Positions 61,501-64,000 of a stretch of DNA of 64,000 nucleotides are shown here, in pieces. Below the pieces are notes generated by a model. That model was not told where the DNA came from. It made no database searches and saw only the letters and a list, made by a program, of their open reading frames with translations. Source of the stretch: Veleropilina oligotropha. Lineage: Eukaryota. The position numbers and the translations under genes were made by a program. The stretch lies in contig JBEUKZ010000054.1 of the NCBI GenBank assembly GCA_048128005.1, positions 992,001 to 1,056,000 on the forward strand. The letters run 5' to 3'. Every line of letters starts with the position of its first letter. Position 1 is the first letter of the stretch.

Positions 61501-63714
61501 TAAGACAGTATGCACTGTGTAGTCAACAATTATTGTCCGATTTGCTAAATACGATATGCACATTAGGTATGTTAAGGTAACACTGATACGTAACGATTTT
61601 GGAATGTTATGGCCCTTGAATCATTTACATTTCTGTGTTATAACTTGTGAAATTATCATCCATCATTATCATTTGTAACAAAATATCTAGGACAAGTTCA
61701 ATAACCAGCGATGTCAGACCTGCAGATCCAGAGTTAAGTCCCTTGGATTATTTAAAATGGGCATGTCTAGGGCCCAAAAAATAAATAAATAAGTTTCTCA
61801 GGCACCGCCGCGTCAGTCAAAAGTCTGTCGCGCGTTTGCTCATTATCGACTAGGAATTTTATTATTTTTTTCGTCTGATGATGATATTTTAATATATCTT
61901 TGTATTATTGGATATAAAAATTATGTTGACCGTATATTTTGAATTGTTTATTATATTCTCGTCTATAATACGAATACAAATTAGTTTCTACTGTTATCGT
62001 TTAAAAATTACTAGTATATATTAACTATAAATAGCGATTTCACTTTCCACTTCCCGCCGCGATAATGCCAGAATGCCACGGATGGGTAGATCATTATACA
62101 GTCGGTTTTGTGCCAATTCCTCATAGACCCAAATTGGTAATCAATTTTACACATTAATTAAAAACTTGTAATTGTAAACTTCTGATGTTTCCGTACATGC
62201 TTTCATTTGACACAATCTTTTGTTGGAGACCAGTGAAGTATTATGCAGACGACAGGATGTTAGTGTCTGTAACAGTACGAGTGGGACCATGCCCATACAA
62301 CCATGGAGCATTGTTTCCGTTACAAAGGGAACGACGATGCTGGACTTGTATAATGCCATCGTCTCCAAAACGGCTGATGCGGTTGACTCGTGACCAGGGC
62401 CCAAGATTATAAAGACTCTATGAAACTCAGCTCAGACTCTGCAATGATCAAGAGTATTGATTTGAGTACGAAACAGTCACCAGAATCTGAGATCGTACTC
62501 AGGAGACCTTTATAATCTTGAGCCCCGGTCTCCCCAAGCATTTGATCGAAGCCTCAACCACATGTTTTATCGGGAAAAATAAAGCAGATGGAGACAGCTT
62601 ATTCATGAACGCTGGTATTTTAATAAAATTACATAAATTTTATCATATATATATACGGTACAATAAAAAAAATTATGAAATAAAAATAAAATTCGCTCGC
62701 GCGCACACTTTTCTGGAAAAAAATGCCTGGGAAACTATTTATTTTTTTAGTTGGCCTATTGATTTTTTGATCGGCCGCCATGTGAGGGATACACCCCCTC
62801 GAGTTTTTGGGCTTGAAAATTTGGCTAGCTTTCTCAGTGTTTGATTGGTTTGCAACAGACACACCATGGACTGGCAGTGTGTGTGCTGTATTCCTAGTGT
62901 TCAGACACACCATGGACTGGCAGTGCATGTGCTGTATTCCTAGTGTTCAGACACACCATGGACTGGCAGTGTGTGCTGTATTCCTAGTGTTCAGACACAC
63001 CATGGACTGGCAGTGTGTGCTGTATTCCTAGTGTTCAGACACACCATGGACTGGCAGTGTGTGCTGTATTCATAGTGTTCAGACACATCATGGACTGGCA
63101 GTGCATGCACTGTATTCCTAGTGTTCAGACACATCATGGACTGGCAGTGTATTCCTAGTGTTCAGACACATCTAGGACTGGCAGTGTATGTGCTGTATTC
63201 CTAGTGTTTAGACACACCGTGGACTGGCAGTGTATGTGCTGTATTCCTAGTGTTCCGACACACCATGGACTGGCATTGTGTGCTGTATTCCTAGTGTTCA
63301 GACACATTATGGACTGGCAGTGTGTGTGCTGTATTCCTAGTGTTCAGACACACACATCATGGACTGGCAGTGTGTGCTGTATTCCTAGTGTTCAGACACA
63401 TCATGGACTGGCAGTGTGTGTGCTGTATTCCTAGTATTTAAGAAGAAATCCATCTGACAATAGCTGCAGCTTACCCTTGATATATTCTGTCGGGGCTAAT
63501 TTTAAAATTATTTCACTGATTTGATTGTCTACGTAACATACCTCCTATCATGCCCTATGCAACATTCTTGTGCATCACGCTTACATTTCTCTGCCATATT
63601 TTCAGCAACAATGTACCCTATTCCATGTCCAAACGGAACGTACACGACCGACGTCATGAGGCAACTGACGGCAGCGGACGAGTGCCTCCAGTGTGTGACC
63701 GGCATGTTCTGCAG
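13224..63714 (+). CDS. Giant cysteine-rich GCC2_GCC3/ephrin-receptor-like repeat protein (30 internal exons, ~1980 aa in window, partial at both ends)
   Basis: 30 AG/GT-bounded exons (one GC donor) join in frame, mostly phase 1, encoding continuous CPxGxYC / CxxCxxGxYC repeats. No start or stop codon in the window. Confidence 0.9.
14192..14431 (+). CDS. Cys-rich repeat gene, exon 2
   Basis: tgtag|...|gtgag; GDYEVLDD...CAPGSYCSGQ. Confidence 0.9.
14921..31788. repeat. 35-bp tandem satellite, ~480 copies, intronic
   Basis: Unit GTTAGAGGGATGCTGTCTCGTGGTCGATGTGGATT repeated head-to-tail with no spacers. Confidence 0.99.
31994..32260 (+). CDS. Cys-rich repeat gene, exon 3
   Basis: GNTAPTALCSVGFFC...VTDVCSA; ag/gt. 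Confidence 0.9.
32658..32837 (+). CDS. Cys-rich repeat gene, exon 4
   Basis: GFYCSLGSPQADP...CTACSS; ag/gt. Confidence 0.9.
32896..33539. mobile_element. Possible piggyBac-like MITE
   Basis: TTAA|CTCTTTGAGGTCG ... CGACTCGAAAGAG|ATAA; imperfect TIRs and a degenerate TTAA site. Confidence 0.45.
33567..34712. mobile_element. TA-flanked MITE (Tc1/mariner-like)
   Basis: TA|CTGTAAATCA...TTTTAGCGA ... TCGCTAAAATTTCATGACTTACAG|TA; subterminal TTAGCG repeats at both ends. Confidence 0.75.
34732..35665. repeat. 19-bp minisatellite
   Basis: ATAACCTATACCGGATATA tandem, roughly 48 copies. Confidence 0.97.
35723..35830 (+). CDS. Cys-rich repeat gene, exon 5
   Basis: GSYCDGLGQ...TPTDGVT; ag/gt. Confidence 0.9.
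36174..36443 (+). CDS. Cys-rich repeat gene, exon 6
   Basis: GDICPAGFYC...QCTPCT; ag/gt. Confidence 0.9.
37055..37264 (+). CDS. Cys-rich repeat gene, exon 7
   Basis: GGYYCGTPG...NYTSVK; ag/gt. Confidence 0.9.
37667..37966 (+). CDS. Cys-rich repeat gene, exon 8
   Basis: ARGSCDQCPLGYFC...RPVVL; ag/gt. Confidence 0.9.
37988..38172 (+). pseudogene. Degenerate tandem duplicate of the 3' end of exon 8 plus donor site
   Basis: Copy of ~37846-37981 with TGG>TAG stop, followed by a third shorter copy of the donor region. Confidence 0.85.
38689..38799 (+). CDS. Cys-rich repeat gene, exon 9
   Basis: ATGGRCDAGSYC...LALPT; ag/gt. Confidence 0.88.
39215..41484. repeat. 28/31-bp minisatellite
   Basis: ACTGGG(GGG)CACTGGTTATGATGTGCATCTT tandem; G3 and G6 variants. 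Confidence 0.98.
41511..41693 (+). CDS. Cys-rich repeat gene, exon 10
   Basis: GYCDAGVSCPAG...CQSCTP; ag/gt. Confidence 0.9.
41988..42149 (+). CDS. Cys-rich repeat gene, exon 11
   Basis: GDYCSGTSL...PLICDR; ag/gt. Confidence 0.9.
42445..42654 (+). CDS. Cys-rich repeat gene, exon 12 (GC donor)
   Basis: GFYQPLTGQPICEPC...GKRIL; donor G|GCAAGT keeps frame with exon 13. Confidence 0.8.
43163..43348 (+). CDS. Cys-rich repeat gene, exon 13
   Basis: EECPECIPGYYC...SSSPT; ag/gt. Confidence 0.88.
44068..44140 (+). mobile_element. tRNA-derived SINE-like head (degenerate)
   Basis: A-box-like TGGCTGAGTGG and B-box-like GGTTCAATTTCC at tRNA-like spacing; no good cloverleaf. Confidence 0.45.
44329..44583 (+). 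CDS. Cys-rich repeat gene, exon 14
   Basis: NDRCPVGTFGN...YLDTT; ag/gt. Confidence 0.88.
45053..45187 (+). CDS. Cys-rich repeat gene, exon 15
   Basis: GHNELSDCIECQ...DPNPT; ag/gt. Confidence 0.9.
45609..46891. mobile_element. Tc1/mariner (pogo/Tigger-type) non-autonomous element, second copy
   Basis: TA|CAGTGGATTCCGCTTATTTGCATA ... TATGCAAATAAGTGGAATCCACTG|TA; reverse-orientation homolog of 10984-13048. Confidence 0.88.
46935..47159 (+). CDS. Cys-rich repeat gene, exon 16
   Basis: DGVTGDICPIGHYC...QPCPI; ag/gt. Confidence 0.9.
47674..47805 (+). CDS. Cys-rich repeat gene, exon 17
   Basis: GTFGANPGL...GYYCEI; ag/gt. Confidence 0.9.
48097..48261 (+). CDS. Cys-rich repeat gene, exon 18
   Basis: SVNIPTPEP...CLPCTP; aag/gt. 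Confidence 0.87.
48428..49786 (+). mobile_element. Probable non-autonomous Helitron-like element
   Basis: 5' ATC... with GTTT microsatellite near the start; 3' ...CACGGGCACTGGCTAG|T; internal inverted TAGCTAACGTTA motifs. Confidence 0.45.
49934..50056 (+). CDS. Cys-rich repeat gene, exon 19
   Basis: GYFCLNGTV...FNNNT; ag/gt. Confidence 0.9.
50385..50587. repeat. ~32-bp minisatellite, ~6 copies
   Basis: TTCCCTGTGAGATAACGTATTCATTTGTATCA tandem, ending at the splice acceptor. Confidence 0.9.
50593..50764 (+). CDS. Cys-rich repeat gene, exon 20
   Basis: GLQSESDCQDC...INGTL; phase-2 donor gtaag. Confidence 0.87.
51284..51459 (+). CDS. Cys-rich repeat gene, exon 21
   Basis: DLLSTDTC...GLALPT; ag/gt. 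Confidence 0.87.
51646..51992. repeat. 59-bp tandem repeat, ~6 copies
   Basis: TGTGTATATGATGCGCTACTGATCACGTGACCAAGCAATCAATAATGATTGGTCTTGTA. Confidence 0.96.
52168..52359 (+). CDS. Cys-rich repeat gene, exon 22
   Basis: GLCDSGFYC...GEYCE; ag/gt. Confidence 0.9.
52557..53050. mobile_element. Truncated CAGT-type (Tigger-like) element end
   Basis: TA|CAGTCGATTCCACTTAATAACATA resembles the TIR at 10984; no matching second TIR found, so the end coordinate is approximate. Confidence 0.45.
53416..53680. repeat. 21-bp minisatellite
   Basis: TACCRACCTCTGCATGCTCTA, about 12 copies. Confidence 0.96.
53690..54105. repeat. Palindromic interspersed repeat flanked by ~55-bp direct repeats
   Basis: GTATTCATCGATTTGAAAGACCTGC / GCAGGTCTTTCAAATCGATGAATAC inverted arms (~53780-53886); GTCATTGAAAACA...CAAAAGAGCC at ~53691 and ~54041. 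Confidence 0.75.
54221..55000 (+). mobile_element. Helentron-associated (HINE/DINE-1-like) non-autonomous element
   Basis: TTATTATCCCCCGCAAAA..TTTTGCGGGGGATA hairpin, GTCC microsatellite, internal ~121-bp tandem repeats, 3' GCGGGGATA...CTTGTT. Confidence 0.7.
55014..55235 (+). CDS. Cys-rich repeat gene, exon 23
   Basis: GVGNYQPTNLC...CDVTG; aag/gt. Confidence 0.88.
56419..56878 (+). mobile_element. HINE-like non-autonomous element
   Basis: TTATTGTTTCCCTCGAT..ATCGGGGGA 5' hairpin, internal tandem units, 3' ...CATTCTAGTT; resembles 59942-60678. Confidence 0.5.
57350..57603 (+). CDS. Cys-rich repeat gene, exon 24
   Basis: GVPVVNPSPC...PVDDQ; phase-0 donor. Confidence 0.9.
57765..57985 (+). 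CDS. Cys-rich repeat gene, exon 25
   Basis: VDPANTTAF...QCDP; ag/gt. Confidence 0.9.
58376..58596 (+). CDS. Cys-rich repeat gene, exon 26
   Basis: FVCTGGSTI...EPCKT; ag/gt. Confidence 0.9.
59047..59190 (+). CDS. Cys-rich repeat gene, exon 27
   Basis: GFYCVFGSL...SNPS; ag/gt. Confidence 0.9.
59710..59874 (+). CDS. Cys-rich repeat gene, exon 28
   Basis: GDCDAGYFC...LRPDS; ag/gt. Confidence 0.9.
59942..60678 (+). mobile_element. HINE-like non-autonomous element with internal CAAGATGGC tandem repeats
   Basis: 5' TTATTGTATCCCCGAAAT..ATTTCGGG hairpin; ~4 internal repeats; 3' GGGGATACA followed by hairpin CCTCGAC..GTCGAGG and CTAGTT. Confidence 0.7.
61173..61499 (+). CDS. Cys-rich repeat gene, exon 29
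   Basis: DGASLADCLPC...HYCPT; ag/gt. Confidence 0.88.
62856..63438. repeat. 41-43-bp minisatellite
   Basis: CAGACACACCATGGACTGGCAGTGTGTGCTGTATTCCTAGTGTT, about 14 copies. Confidence 0.95.
63606..63714 (+). CDS. Cys-rich repeat gene, exon 30
   Basis: ATMYPIPCPNGTY...GMFC; ag/gt. Confidence 0.88.
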
Positions 63715-64000
63715 GTATGTGGCTGCATCCAGATTCATTCAATTTAATTGCCAAGTATTCTTTAACCTAGTTTAATCACATTTACTAAATTTATGAATGA
63801 AAATACCATTAGAGTTTATTTTATCTGTATTATGCAAATATTTTATAAAGGATGATGATGGTGATGAATTGATGTTTAACGATCACGAAAAAGTATTTCA
63901 GTTATAAATCGGGTTAATCAACTCTGAATGATGAGATGAATTGGTGCTGCATGCAATGGAGGCAGCGATCATTGGAAAAAGCTTCAACCGTGACCTCCCG

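Noticed and set aside
61768..62815. MITE with GGGCCCAAAAA / TTTTTGGGCTTG ends
   Set aside because: Only ~9 bp of inverted match and no clear TSD.

Overview
Eukaryotic (metazoan-looking, AT-rich, GT-AG introns) genomic DNA with two parts. (1) 1-~10700: the right portion of an apparently intact, GC-richer endogenous Polinton/Maverick-like virus. It carries the C-terminus of a probable major capsid protein, an A32-like packaging ATPase, several small hydrophobic proteins and a DDE (rve) integrase. On the minus strand is a ~1280-aa fusion of a putative vOTU-like protease, a B-family polymerase palm, an SF1 helicase and an HNH nuclease. The last ~1.25 kb (9449-10700) is non-coding but folds on the + strand into many nested helices with G-T(U) wobble pairs. 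It also contains an internal reverse-complement copy of the probable 51-bp element terminus. This candidate large structured ncRNA (or ssDNA origin) coupled to the Pol-helicase-HNH protein is the most novel signal in the window. (2) 13224-63714: 30 in-frame + strand exons (~5.9 kb, ~1980 aa, open at both ends) of a giant cysteine-rich CPxGxYC-repeat (GCC2_GCC3/ephrin-receptor-like) protein. Its introns hold a ~16.9-kb 35-bp satellite, several minisatellites, Tc1/mariner-type MITEs and Helentron/Helitron-like non-autonomous elements. The virus probably sits in an upstream intron of this gene. Family assignments come from motif reading by eye, not from database searches.
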